Assembly: GCF_006345805.1 (NCBI RefSeq)
Contig: NC_043004.1
Location: 91,016,001 to 91,080,000, forward strand
Direction of reading: 5' to 3'
Length of the DNA stretch: 64,000 nt
Source of the DNA: Octopus sinensis
Lineage: Eukaryota
The notes under the pieces are model-generated. The model was not told the origin of the DNA. It saw nothing but the letters and a program-made list of their open reading frames with translations, and did no database searches. The position numbers and the translations under genes are program-made. Below are positions 11,394 through 24,976 of the stretch, piece by piece; position 1 is the first letter of the stretch, and each line of letters starts with the position of its first letter.

Positions 11394-12674
11394 CAGGGTG
11401 GGGCAGAGAGGCTGAATGTTTTTGAAATGGCTATTACACAGCTCCAAGAGGAGGTGCATATGTCTGACAGGTACCATTTAGTTCATGGTGTCTTAGCATC
11501 TTTTTGCTTTCCAGGTGAAGCCATGGTGCTGTGGACGACAGAGCATCGCATGTTTGCCTATGACAGTTATGTGAAGAATAATGAGTCTGTCACATCAGTT
11601 CAGTATGAGGTTTGACGCTACTTCAACATTCACCAAAATCAAGCTGTTCCCACTCGTAACACAATCTTACATTGGGTGAATGCACTTTGTACACGAGACC
11701 GGTTGAACATGTCAGACAAGCTTTGATATGGAGTCTGAATCACTCTGCTCCGAGCGATTCCACTGAACTTGGCATCAGTAATCGAATGGCAAGGTGCATT
11801 TTGCATGAAGACCTGCATTTCCACCCATAAAAATGGTCATTAGGCAACAGTTGAAACCATGGGACTATGCACAGCACCTTAATTTTGCACGTCAGATGGA
11901 AGCAATTTTTGAAGCAAATGACAACCTCATTTTGTTAATGAGTGATGAAGCTCATTTTCATCTCAATGGCATGATGAATCAACAGAACTGTCATTGTTGG
12001 GGTCTTGAAAATCTGAGAGAACTGCATCAAAGACCACTGCACAGCCCAAACATGATGGTCAGGTATGCTGTTGGAAAAGCTGCCATCATTGGTCCTTAAT
12101 TTTTTGAAGACAATAATGGAAATGCTGTTACTGTGAACTCTGAGCATTACATCGAGATGATTAACAACTTCTTTGTGCCTGAATTATGACAAAAACGTAT
12201 GCCTATTCGAAGAGTGTGGTTTTAGCAGGATGGGGTGACGGACCATAGAGCCATCAATGGACGTTCTTTGCCCTCTTTTCAGTGTCCACCTCATTTCCAG
12301 GTATGCTGACATCCCTTGCCCCCCCCCCTCAGTCCTCTGATTTGTCCATGTGTGATTATTTCTTGTGGGGGAACCTCAAGGCACATGTGTATGTGCATAA
12401 GCTCCATACACTGGATGATTTGAAGGAAACTATTTGTGTGGAAGTTGCCCAAATTGACAGAACAATGCTGCGGAAGGTGTAGGCCAAATTCCAAGAACAC
12501 CTTCAGAAATGCATCAATGTAAACAGATACCATATGATGGATGTTGTTTTCTACATTTGATTTTAACAAATGCTAATTCAATACGAATACATTAATGTCA
12601 ATAAAATTATTTGCAGGTAAAATTAATGATTTTGTGAATTTTTCAAAAACGTATGTCCTATCTGCCCCACCCTA
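11394..12674 (+). mobile_element. Full-length decayed Tc1/mariner element, rosa (DD41D)-like
   Basis: TA|CAGGGTGGGGCAGA... and ...TCTGCCCCACCCT TIRs about 1.28 kb apart. N-terminus MVLWTTEHRMFAYDSYVKNNES (DUF4817-like HTH), MSDEAHFHLNG, QDG and SDLSMCDYFLWG. Frameshifts prevent an exact D-D count. Confidence 0.87.
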
Positions 12675-13193
12675 CGATAAGTCAATACATAATAAAAACC
12701 AAGAACCAATTGATAAAATGCACTCAAGCTGTAAAAAGAGAAGTTAGGATTAAGATAAACAGGGAACATACAAGGAAGATGCAGTTCTCTGACCCATCTA
12801 GGAATGTAGTAACTCTCAACAAGAACTGATGCAGATCTTTACAGCTTGTCCAACACATGCCAATATGGAAATCAGATGTAAAATGGTGAAGCTAATGATG
12901 ATGAGATGGAGGGTTAGGTTAGGACAATTGTGCTGATGATGGCTATTAAGGTAGAAACATGTAACCATGACCATCCTCTTATCTCCAGACAATAAGCCTG
13001 TCCAGTTCCTTAATGGCATGTCAGCTTTGGAGAAGTCTTGATTCTTAAGATTGTCTCCCCTCGTCATAGGGAGTGCTAAACTATCATTTGTTAACCATGA
13101 CACATCCTTCAGAGACGGAAATAATTGTAATAAATGTAGAATTTACGTTGAATGGTTATTTCATACACCTGTATTTGTACATGTATATATTAC

Positions 13194-13276
13194 CTTGCTT
13201 TCTCCAAATCAGATTGAAGTTGTTCAGTAAGCAACCTGATGAGGTCAGTGTAGGTACCTTGGTTAGTTTCAGATAT
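13194..13276 (-). CDS. Hil: Hillarin-like gene, exon F (start of transglutaminase-like domain; missed by the ORF track)
   Basis: Read by hand: TTTTATAG acceptor, GTAATA donor. ISETNQGTYTDLIRLLTEQLQSDLEKA(R). 83 nt, phase 0-2; exactly bridges exon E (phase 0) to exon G (phase 2). Confidence 0.85.
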
Positions 13277-14559
13277 CTATAAAATATAAATCAATAATGA
13301 ACTTTTCATTTTATTGTTATTGCAATTGATCTTTTTTTATCATTAAATGTTCTTATACCAATATTTTTGCAGAAGTATTTACACTTGAAAATATTTTAGT
13401 TTCATATGATTTTTTGTGCCATAATATAACATGATTAGCTTATAATAAATTTGTATTATACCTGTTTGTAGCCTTTTAACGTGTTATACATTTTCTAGTT
13501 TCATAGCATTTTTATTGTATTACATCTATGTTTAATTTGATACAAAATTTCTAGTGTATTATAAAATATTTTACACATCTTAACATTTTTTCCCTATGTG
13601 TATCCCTTGACTGTATGTACCCCAGTTTTAGAATGGGCACAATATATCCTTGTGTCGTAAGAGACAACTAACAGAGTTGGCACCAGGATGGGGACCTGGG
13701 CATAAAACTCTGCCTCAAAAGTGAACACTGATGAGTATGATTAATTATGAAGCTTATCAAGGACCCACAAGGCTAACAGAGCTTTGGAATAGAAAATGGA
13801 TTTAAAATATTTGTTACTGCTGGTGTTGAATTATAAAGATTTTATTTTAGGTTTTTGTCTTACTATAAATACTAGAGGTAAAAGATTCATAGCCTAGCGG
13901 TTAGAAATTTGCACTCTTGATTGCAAATTCATAGTTTGTGTTGTAGAACAAAACATGTCATTTCATGTTGCTTCAAACTACTCAGCTGTAAATGGTTAAT
14001 TCTGCAATGGACTGGTGCTTCTTTCAGAAGAAATGTTGAACTGCCCACCTAGCCATTGGAGTGGCCTTATTTAAAAGCTACAACAGTACAAAGAAGCGCA
14101 TTGTGACAAGTGGTGTAAAACAACAGCTGATAGTCGGTTTGATACTAGAAAGTTGCCTGTCATTTGACAGGTAACTATGAAAGTATACATTTGCTAGTAT
14201 GGGTAATATAAAAAAATATGTCCTACATACCATAATTATAGTTTAACTTTTTATCAAATTTCTTGTTGTTTATACAAAATTATGAAATATGTACTAATTT
14301 TCAAAAGAAAAATTTTTACAACTTCGTCATTTATTCTTTCTCCTCCTCCTCCTCTGCCTCCCTAATTCTTTCTCACTGTGTGTGTTATGTTCCTTTATTC
14401 ATTGCTTGCTACCAAACATAGTATGTGCTCTCATCCTGAATTTCTTATGTTAGTTCTCTCTGCATCTCTCTTTCTCTCTCTCTCTCTCTCTCTTTCTGAC
14501 CTCTCTCCGAGATGCAAAACATGACTGGAGAAATCACCCAACCAACATTTATATCAGTT

Positions 14560-14820
14560 CATCATCATCATCATCATCATCGTTTAACGTCTGTTTTCCA
14601 TGCTAGCATGGGTTGGACGGTTCAATTGGGGTCTGGGAAGCCAGAAGGCTGCACAAGGCCCAATCTGATCTGGCAGTGTTTCTACAGCTGGATGCCCTTC
14701 TTAATGCCAACCACTCCGTGAGTGTAGTGGGTGCTTTTTACATGCCACCGGCACAGGTGCCAGACGAGGCTGGCAAACGGCCACAATCGGATGGTGCTTT
14801 TTACGTGCCACCAGCATGGA
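14560..14820 (-). mobile_element. RTE LINE 3' tail copy
   Basis: (CAT)n followed by CGTTTAACGTCTGTTTTCCATGCTAGC... family sequence. Confidence 0.8.
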
Positions 14821-15305
14821 AATAGTTATCAAATAAAAATTCTGCCATATTTTAGAAATTTTACTTTGTAATCCTTTTAAATATCTTCATTCTATTTTAA
14901 TCTCTTCATTATTTATAACTTACTGTAATGTTATATTAATATTCAATCATGAAATTATTTCCAACTTATAGGGATTTCTGATATTTTTTACACCTTATAA
15001 CATTTTTATCTTAAATTTTCACCAATACAATATTTTTCATACTTTTATCTTACTAAAGTAAAATAAGGTTTTGAGATGTGAGAATGATATAATAATATGT
15101 TATACTAATGTGATATAGTTAATCTTGTGCATTGGGATATTACACATTAACATAATATATGTTTGCATATGATCTACCAATATGTAATATATTATTATTT
15201 TACATTATGTTTGGAAATATATTAGTTTATACATATATACATATATTAGTGTGCAATATATTGGCGTGATACATTAGTATGTTAGATATTACAAGACATA
15301 TTAGT

Positions 15306-15359
<54 letters not shown>

Positions 15360-15930
15360 AAATATAAATTAGAGATAAAACCACTATTATGCAACTCAAA
15401 CAGTGATAGACATAAACCAAAACATAAATAACAAATATTATATATTTTTATAAAACATATAACTAGATCTCAACATAATAGTGGTTTTATCTCTAATTTA
15501 TATTTTATATATTTATATTGTGAAATTTGATTTAATACTAAATTGAATTTTTCCCTGTAAGTTTGGAGTTATACTCCCTAATATTATTATTATTATTATA
15601 TATATGTGTGTGTGTGCATGTGTGTGTGTAATATATTACTATATTGTAATTAACTATGTGCAAGATAAATATGTTATACATTATGTGGTATGTTACAGTG
15701 TAGTATATTTATGAGATATATATATATCAGGATGGGATGTATCAGTATATGATATATGAGTATGTGATAAATTGTTAACATATGCATTAGTATGTGATAT
15801 ACCAGCATGTTTTTATTAGTATATAATATTACTTGCTCCTGAATCTCAATATATGATATAAAATAAGCTATATATAAACATGTGATATATCTCATCAATG
15901 AAGTACTATTAAATAATATTGAATCCCTAC

Positions 15931-16122
15931 CTTAATGACATGATCATCAAGATCCCTAAAGACAGAGGGATCGGTGTAAATTTCACTCTTCCGAGAACTT
16001 GGAGGATGAGGTGATGGAGGTTCAGAAGAAACAGGAAGCTTGACAAATTCATTAATTACTTGGTCAATTCTTTCTGAATCTTCCTTGTCTAATTCCATGT
16101 TAGAAATATCAGCATCTGAAAC
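15931..16122 (-). CDS. Hil: Hillarin-like gene, exon E (Pro-rich linker)
   Basis: TTCTTTACAG acceptor, GTAGGG donor. VSDADISNMELDKEDSERIDQVINEFVKLPVSSEPPSPHPPSSRKSEIYTDPSVFRDLDDHVIK. 192 nt, phase 0-0. Confidence 0.85.
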
Positions 16123-17063
16123 CTGTAAAGAAATTGGATAGAGAGATCAATTTACAGTTTTTGTATGTTGAAGGGTTAAAATAGGAAAGAAGGGGCAGGC
16201 GTCTATACATTTAAAACATACCCTCCTTGCAAATATTTTAAATGAATTATCTTCGCTTGATTATGTATCCAATCTGGAAAACAAATTTTCAAGAATTCAT
16301 CTATTTTCACCTGATACTCCACTAGAATTTAATTCAGCCTCCTATTACTTCACCGGTTATTTTAGTATGTAAATTAAAATTGAAGACTTATATGCTCAAT
16401 TAAATTTAAATTGAATTTTCTAGGATGTGAACAAAAAAAAAGAATTATAATCAGTATGCTTATCAAGAAACTAACTCAAAACATTTTTTTTATAGAGAAG
16501 CCTCTAATTAATAATAATATAAGTGTTTGTTCTCTTATGAATTGCACATTCTAAATATTAACTCTTAACATCATGTATCACACAAATCCACATAGCATGA
16601 TATTGGTCTATTAGTTCTACATCACGTGAAGCCATACTATTTCTACCACCTTTTTTACATTCATTCTTACCCTTTTAGTATGCAAACTAGCCTTATCTGG
16701 CCCAAATATTCAACCTGTCTTATGTTTAAAATGACCAGATCTGGCTTCTCACACCTATCCTACATCATTCTAAAAATAAATAACCATTTTGTCAAAATCT
16801 CAAAATAAGATAAATCATAATTAATTCAAAACAATGTGAATAAATAAGTATTACATTTGATAGAGTAATTTGAATACTAAAAGGTTAAAGGAAGTTAGGA
16901 ACTCTCTACTCTAAAAATGAAAACTTTCATCCATTTATTTACATTCTGTAATGTATTATTTATACTGATCCACATGGATTTGAATTTTTTGGATGTTTTT
17001 CCAGAAATTTTCTCAAAAGTTTTCTTTGGAAAATAGTTGTTAATCATTCTTTGAATGACAATA

Positions 17064-17369
17064 TCTTTATATATAAAATTGAAGTTGTGTGTGTGAGACT
17101 CTGTCTCCTCCGATTTAGATTCCTAACTACTCCCACATTTTGCGGTGCAGTTTAACCAAAAGCGGGTATCTTATAGTCGTGATTCATATCGAGCCCTTCT
17201 GGGTATTAGCGCGCGTCTACGATGAGTCTACGATTTAAAAAAAAATTTACCATCATTTTTCCGCATTTTTAATGATTTTTGCTCAGGTTATATAAGGGAA
17301 GTAATTCTCTAAAATGCTTATATAGTTATTTCCCTTACAGACCCGAGCAACGCCGGGCAATACTGCTAG
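17064..17369 (+). mobile_element. Non-autonomous Helitron (306 bp)
   Basis: A|TC...CCCGAGCAACGCCGGG...CTAG|T; same length and family as 3917-4222. Confidence 0.87.
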
Positions 17370-17824
17370 TATTTGATAATTTAATCAGTGAATTAATGGC
17401 AGATAAGGCACTAGAGATGATAACCAGAACAATGTATTCATTTCTTCCATGAATACAGGCGATCTCTCTGACTTCGATCCATCTGATGTTTTATCAAATG
17501 ATTCAGATAAAATATTGACTGAAGAATAGTCAGACACTGAACTTTGGCATATGTTAATGGCCAAGAAATACCTTTAGGACTTTATGTGAAACCTTGAGTA
17601 TTTTTGCAACAGTTTCCATTGACTTTTAATTGATACAATCATGCAACCAGTTTATATGCAGAACAAAAAGGTGCAGACAACTTTGTTCTACTTGTCTTGA
17701 TGAAACTAATATATGTTGTTTCTGATTAAAAGAAACTTAATTAGGAGTTACTTGTAAATTTCACAATGAATAAGCCGCAAAATAGCAGGGGTAAACATTT
17801 TTTTTCTTCTTTTGATGTTTGTAT

Positions 17825-18216
17825 ACTCTTTTACTTGTTTCAGTAATTTGACTGCGGCCATGCTGGAGCACCGCCTTTAATCAAGCAACTCGACCCCGGG
17901 ACTTATTCTTTTGTAAGCCCAGTACTTATTCTATTGGTCTCTTTTGCCGAACCGCTAAGTAATGGGGACATAAACACACCAGTATCAGTTGTCAAGCAAT
18001 GCTAGGGGAACAAACACAAACACACACACATATATATATATGTATATATATATACATATATACGACGGGCTTCTTTCAGTTTCCGTCTACCAAATCCACT
18101 CACAAGGCTTTGGTCAGCCCAAGGCTATAGTAGAAGACACTTGCCACGCAGTGGGACTGAACCTGGAACCATGTGGTTGGTAAACAAGCTACTTACCACA
18201 CAGCCACTCCTGCGCC
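17825..18216 (-). mobile_element. tRNA-head SINE, family A
   Basis: Reverse complement of family A with a small internal deletion. Confidence 0.85.
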
Positions 18217-18637
18217 TATATATATTTATGTCAATTAGAAATTACATTTAATCCATTACCAAAGTCCTTCTTTTCCACATCTTTCTTTTGAGTGTTTCTA
18301 TTTTGAAGTTGATAAACAATTTATTAACAATTATGCATTTAACACAAATGACCAATTAACGTTAAAAACAAATTAAGTCTTTTTTGTAATACAGCCCATT
18401 TTCACAATAATCTGGCCATAAGTAAAGACACTATAAGCAGTTGAATAAACAAACACATTTTTAGGTGTTTTCTGCTCACTCATTACAAGATTGTGATTTT
18501 GACTTAGAAAATTTTCAGTAGCATGTAGAAAGATCTTGATCAATAACACTTGTCTGTCCACATTAAGTGACATGGCAAATTATGCTCTTTAGTGTAGATG
18601 TGATGCAGTATAACTTGCATGAGCATAATTTACTTAC

Positions 18638-18874
18638 ATTTACTTGTTCTGTTTTCTCTTTGAGCAACTCACTTTTAAGTTCTGTACACAACTCATTCTT
18701 CATTTCTGAGAAAAGTTTCAACATTTGAGCACTCTGCCTCTTCACCATTGTAGATGTTTGCTCCTGTGCAATCTCTCGTAGTCGTATAGTCAAATGCTGC
18801 TTCTTCCTCTCTCGTTTTAAAGTCATTGTTTTTGCGAGGTCTTTCTTCTGGTTTTCAAATTGAATAGTCATTGC
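18638..18874 (-). CDS. Hil: Hillarin-like gene, exon D (coiled coil)
   Basis: TTTCACAG acceptor, GTAAGT donor. AMTIQFENQKKDLAKTMTLKRERKKQHLTIRLREIAQEQTSTMVKRQSAQMLKLF...KTEQVN. 237 nt, phase 0-0. Confidence 0.87.
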
Positions 18875-19288
18875 CTGTGAAATAGAATTAAAGATTTGTC
18901 AATCATGAAATAACTAGTGCTAAAAGGAAACAGTAGCAAGCTGGACAAAGTGCCTTGCAGTATTTAGTTGATAACATTGATGTTCAAAGTTCAAATCTTA
19001 CAAAGGTAATTCTTTTATAGGTGTGTGTGCAATTATCTTTTACAAGGTACCATGCAGTGGAACTGAAGGGATTGAACTCAAAGTAATGTGATGGTGAAAC
19101 AAACTGTTAATCATACAGCCATGCCTGCAGTTATAACCATACCTATATATACATACATATCAATAATATATATTCATATATCAATGATTGTGTGTGTGCA
19201 TATGTATATATGTTTATATGATACACACACAAACACATATAAATATGTTATTGATATATATATATATATATAGTGTGTGTGTAGATAG

Positions 19289-19342
<54 letters not shown>

Positions 19343-19714
19343 TCATCATCATCATTGTTTAATGTCCGTTTTCCATGCTGGCATGGGTTTGATGGTTTGA
19401 CTGGGGACTGGCAAGCCAGGAGGCTGCACCAGACACCAATTTGATCTGGCAGTGTTTCTAGAGCTGGATGCCCCTCCTAATGCCAACTGTTCCGAGAGTG
19501 TAGTGGGTGCTTTTTATGTGCTGTATATATATATATGTCATAGATACACACACACATATAGGTATTCACACATCCATACATAAAAATTCACATACAGTGT
19601 ATACAATGTGATTTAGAAGCACCTTTACCATTTAGATAGTAAATGCTTTTAAAATGCTAAAAGAACTTTTAAATCAACCTGTATATACATACATACATTA
19701 TTAATGTTGCTATT

Positions 19715-20165
19715 AAGGTGACAAGCAGGCAAAATCATTAGCACACCAGACAAAATGCTTAGCGGCATTTCGTCCAACTTCATGTTCTGAGCTCAAATTC
19801 CACCAAGATCGACTTTTCAGGGTTGATCAAATAAGTGCCAGCTGTATGCTGGGGTCAATGTAATTGACTAGCGCCCTCCCCTAAAATTTCAGGCCTTGTG
19901 CCTATAGTCAAAAAGATAATTACTGTTGTTACTGTTATCAAGTACACTATTAAGGCTGCGAGCTGGCAGAATCATTAGCACACTGGGCAAAATGCATTAG
20001 CAACATTTTGTCCCACTTTACATTCTGAGTTCAAATTCCACCAAGGTGACTTTGCCTTTTATCCTTTTGAGGTTGACAAAACAAGTACCAGTTGAGCACT
20101 GGGGTTGATGTAATCAACTGACCTCCTCCCTTGAACTTGCTGGCCTTGTGCCAAAATTTGAAACC
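19715..20165 (+). mobile_element. Two adjacent degenerate SINE family B copies (Nin/Deu-like central domain)
   Basis: GAGCTGGCAGAATC...TTCTGAGTTCAAATTCC...CCTTT..GGTTGA..AAA.AAGTACCAG..G..CTGGGGT.GATGTAA appears twice. Confidence 0.7.
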
Positions 20166-20744
20166 ATTACTAAGTACACTACTATATTCTCCAATCACCC
20201 CTTTCAACCTTTTCTAACAATTGCTGGAGTTAATCCTAATTCCAGGTATGAAACCAATAAGTAAAGCAGCAAAGATGAGATTATAATATTGTATTTTATT
20301 AATAATAAAGCTACTCAATTAACTAATATACGATTATCTGTTTTTCTGACTCAAGGAATTTTAGACACAATATATACATCTTTATCAAAGGCCTTCTTTT
20401 CCATGCTTGCATGGCTCAGAATTTGCTGAGGTAGATTTTTGATGGCTGGATACCCTTCCTGTCACCAATCCTTACCTGTTCCATGCAAGCTAATACTTCC
20501 ACATGACCAGTCGTTTTTTTTTCTTAGGGATGACTGGAATCAAACAATGTTGCTTGTATGAAGGTGATGCTCAATTACAACTGTTACATGATGTCAAGAT
20601 AAAGATATACACAAACACATATATACGCATATATGTAAGTGTGTGTGTGTATTTGCGTATGCAGTGGGCTTCTATCGATTTCCCTTGACCAAGTGTACTC
20701 ACAAGGATTTGGCTGGCTTGAGGCTAAAGTAGAAAACACTTGGC

Positions 20745-21090
20745 CACTTGAGTGTGAGACTGTTTTTGGCCAAAAATGGCATGACCCTGCTTACCCACCC
20801 TTCCTACTCAGCCGATATTGCTCCCTACGACTTTTTTTTTGTTCACCTGAATGAAAAAGTCCTTAAAGGAAAACGTTTTGCAGATGTGGAAAAGGTGAAG
20901 AAAAAACAATGGAAGCATTAAAAGGCATCACTTCGCAAGAGTTCCATGACTGCTTCGAACAGTGGTAAACACGTTTAGACCAACGCATTACTTCAAATGG
21001 AGAATACTTTGAAGGTGATAAAAGTGTAAACATGTAAAATTAAGTGAATAAAATAATATTGCCAAATTCTGGTTTCTTTTGGGTACCCCT
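20745..21090 (+). mobile_element. Mariner 3' fragment (irritans-like)
   Basis: FLAKNGMT...HPSYSADIAPYDFF...KGKRF...GEYFEGDK, followed by a TIR-like GGTTTCTTTTGGGTACCCCT. Confidence 0.78.
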
Positions 21091-21091
21091 A

Positions 21092-21124
<33 letters not shown>

Positions 21125-21216
21125 TTATAAATAAGGATAATATCGATATTTAAATATCGATATTATCAAGTGGCCAGCATGGGAAAAAATACCGTATAAA
21201 GGTAATCATTTTTTAC

Positions 21217-21632
21217 AACTAAAAATAAGGGTGTCTGAGAGACACCACCATGCCGAAATAGCAGTCAAAACCCTGACTTTAAAAACCACGTTAAATGTTC
21301 ATATCGTACCATGAGATAAGACAGAGGGACAAAATAGACTAGCAAAAAATATTATTGAATAATTCAAGATCCAGGATTTCTGGTTTTGCTTTAAATAAGC
21401 TTTACCGTCATCGGTTGAATATATCAAAGTACATAAATACAGATATATATATATTTAAAGCAAAACCAGAAATCCTGGATCTTGAATTATTCAATAATAT
21501 TTTTTGCTAGTCTATTTTGTCCCTCTGTCTTATCTCATGGTGTGATATGAACATTTAACGTGGCTTTTAGAGTCAGGGTTTTGACTGCTATTTCGGCATG
21601 GTGGTGTCTCTCAGACACCCTTATTTTTAGTT
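21217..21632. repeat. Fold-back inverted repeat (181-bp arms, 54-bp spacer) next to (TA)n
   Basis: 21217-21397 versus the reverse complement of 21452-21632: about 4 mismatches. Confidence 0.95.
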
Positions 21633-21659
21633 TTATATATATATATATACATATATATA

Positions 21660-21990
21660 TATCATGGTTGTCACTTAATGTCCATTGTCCATGCTGGCAT
21701 AGGTTGGACGGTTTGACCAGGCTGGCAACCTGGAAGGCTGCACCAGACTTCAGTCTGATTTGGCATGGTTTTCTACAGTTGGATGCCCTTCCTAATGCCA
21801 ACCACTCTGAGAGTGTAATGGGTGCTTTTACGTACCACCAGCATGGATGCCATTTGTGTGATACCAGTATCTGCCATGACTGCAATTTTGCTCGGCTTGA
21901 TGGGTCTTCTCATGCACGACATAATGGCAAGGGTCTCAGTCATTACCTGTGAGGGCCAACGCTCGGAAGGAATTCAGCCACTTTGCCTCT
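21660..21990 (-). mobile_element. RTE LINE 3' region, diverged subfamily
   Basis: Shares GGATGCCCTTCCTAATGCCAACCACTC and the terminal sequence with the other RTE tails, then diverges. Confidence 0.7.
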
Positions 21991-22153
21991 GTGGATGAGT
22001 TGAATGAATGACTTTACACAGCATAGAGCTGTATCTAGAAAATTTCACAACACTGCTGATACCTACCACCCTGCTCCTCCCCCACTACCACCACCACATT
22101 TCTTTGATCAAAAGCTAATCTTAAAGACAATGTTTGGTTAACTAAAAACTGAC

Positions 22154-22372
22154 CTTTATTTCACCATCTTCTACTTTCTTCTTTTTTTTATAAGAGTATT
22201 TTTTGGTCAATTCATGCAGCTTAGTTTCCCATTCCTCCTCGATTTGTTGAGTCAGTTTTTCATTTTCCTGTTTTCCTTGTTCTTGGAATGACTTCAGGAG
22301 TTCATCTTCTTCTTTCTGTAGTTGTTGTTCCAATTTCTTTTGAAGATCAAATAACTCTTCTCGTTTGCGGAT
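22154..22372 (-). CDS. Hil: Hillarin-like gene, exon C (coiled coil)
   Basis: TTTTGCAG acceptor, GTCAGT donor. IRKREELFDLQKKLEQQLQKEEDELLKSFQEQ...KKKKKVEDGEIK. 219 nt, phase 0-0; continues in frame from exon B across a 27.8-kb intron. Confidence 0.87.
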
Positions 22373-24224
22373 CTGCAAAAGAAGAAAACAAAAATATGAG
22401 GAAATAGAAAACAAAACAAAAATGGAATGTAAAAACAGAGAAAACAAAAGAGAGAAAGAAAATAAATGATCCACATTGATTCCTGCATCTTCTGTTTAAG
22501 AATATTTTCTGTTGCCCATTAACATTAAAATATTTGGTTTTTCTCCCTATCTTTTACTTATTTCAGTCAATGGACTGAAGCCATGCTGGGGGTATTACCT
22601 TGAAGGGATTAGTTGAATAATAAATTGACCCCGGTACTTATTTTTTAAGCCTAGCACTTACTCTATTAGACTCTTTTGCCGAACCACAAGACATAAACAA
22701 ACTAACACTAGCTATCAAGTGTTGGTGGTCGTGGTGGGGAACAAAGACAAACACAATGCCAAACACACATAGCTATGCATACATGCATACACACATACAT
22801 ACACAAACACACTTCAGCATGATGGGTTTCATTCAGTTTCCATCTACCAAAGCTACTCACAAAGCTTTGGTTGGCCTGGGGGTTACAGTGGAAGACTGAA
22901 CCCAAGACCATATAGTTGGAAAGCAAACTTCTTACCCATACAGCCACGCCTAAGTTCCCGAATTAAGCATCATCATCATCATTACTCCTTCCACCACCAA
23001 CACCAACACTGCCAACAGCATCACTAAAACAACCATGATCAACATCACTATGACCACCGCTGCTGCTACCACCACCACTGCTTCTGTTGCTCCCAGCCTC
23101 AACTTGTCTACCTCTCCATCAACATTGATTTGTAATAAAATTTATCCCCTTCCTACTAATCCCAAAGACATCTCTAGGAAACAAGATGACCACAGCAACA
23201 TAAACATGTTTGAAACTTTAATTACTTGCACGTTAGTGATGACGGGCATGGTAAGGGAAAACGAAACAGGATCATTAAGTCATTATTTTAGACATTAATT
23301 GGTGGTGATAATTGTTGCATGCTTCAGATTGCATGTAATTTAATTTCATATCCTTTACACTGCAAATTCTCTTTGGGAAAGGAATGAACAACACAACAAA
23401 ACCTTTACTTTTCTCTCATCCTTCAAGAATACTATGTCTTGGTATCAAGTTAAAACAAAGTAGTAAATATACTGAGTTTTTACCATTTCTCCAAGTTTGA
23501 AATTCAATTAAAAAAAACAAAAACAGGTGAATGATAGAATAGGTAGAAATTCAGATAAAATATTCAGATATTGTTCCTATTCATCCTGTGTTCAAATCCC
23601 AGGTAATATTTCAATACATCCTGTGTTCAATGACAATTTTATCATACATCCTTCCACAACATTTTATAATGATGCAAATGCAAGTGTGTCTATACATGTA
23701 ATTGAAACTCTGAGCCTTTCTCACAACCAATCACACTCTCCCCAAGTAACTCATACACATCACACCTCCTCTTACTTTAACCATTTCCTTGAAGGAACAA
23801 AGTAGAAAGTGTGTGCGGGTGTGAGAGAGGGACAGACAGACAGACACCAATATTTGATTGTTACTTTATTGATTATGAAAAAATTGAAAGGTAAGTTTAC
23901 GTAGAGGGGATTTGAAATTAAAGCATAAGAAACCAGAATAAATATCACAAGACATTTTATCTGGTGTTCTGAAGACATAGCAAATTCACTGCCCATTTAT
24001 ATCCTCAGTGAAGTCTTTAGTATTAACAGCTCAACTTTCAGTAAGTCATATAACTGCTATACTTCTCTACCTGCAGAGTGAAGCTAACATTCCCAGGGAA
24101 TAAGTCATGCCAGAGTTGATTTTCAAGGACTTCCAACAATACCCCAAAAATTAATGTAGTTATAAACACCATTATTATTTTTTTTTTCTGCAAGACTTCA
24201 TAGCTATTTCATAGATATTTGTGG

Positions 24225-24487
24225 CCTCCGTGCTGGTGGCACGTAAAAAGCACCATCCGATTGTGTGGCAGTTTGCCAGCCTAGTCTGGCACCTGTGTCG
24301 GTGGCACGTAAAAAGCACCCACTACACTCACAGAGTGGTTGGCATTAGGAAGGGCATCCAGCTGTAGAAACACTGCCAGATCAGACTGGGCCTGGTGCAG
24401 CCTTCTGGCTTCCCAGACCCCAGTTGAACAGTCCAACCCATGCTAGCAGGGAAAGCGGACGTTAAACGATGATGATGATGATGATGA
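24225..24487 (+). mobile_element. RTE LINE 3' tail copy
   Basis: Family sequence ending GGACGTTAAAC(GAT)n. Confidence 0.82.
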
Positions 24488-24976
24488 ATGTGGTGTTCTG
24501 TTTAATTTTATATTTTGTTAAGACATGTCAGTTCTATACTCTTCCCTACGCAATTCTCCTCTTCCACTCCCTCCACCAACACTATCACCATCATCAATGT
24601 TGTCTGTCTTGTTGCTGCCCTCTCCCACTTTCACTACACTACCAAATCATTTTCATCCCCACCTCCACTACCATATTGAATATAAATTGGTCTGGTCCCA
24701 CAATGTCTCACCACTTGTCACTGTACTTGGTTGCTGTACTGTATCTGTTACACAAAACAACAAAGAAAACAACCAATCTTAGTCACGAACTCAAGAGGAC
24801 AATGCATAAAAAGGCTTGTCTAATGACACCAGCTTGAAACTCAGGAAGTCGGGCAATAGCAATGTTCTGCCAACATGTCCTCTGCATTTATCACCTACAT
24901 TTTGCAAACGGGGGAAACTCTAAGTAAGTTTTTATGATGTCTTTGCTGCTTTATTAATAAAGTGTGTATACATATA

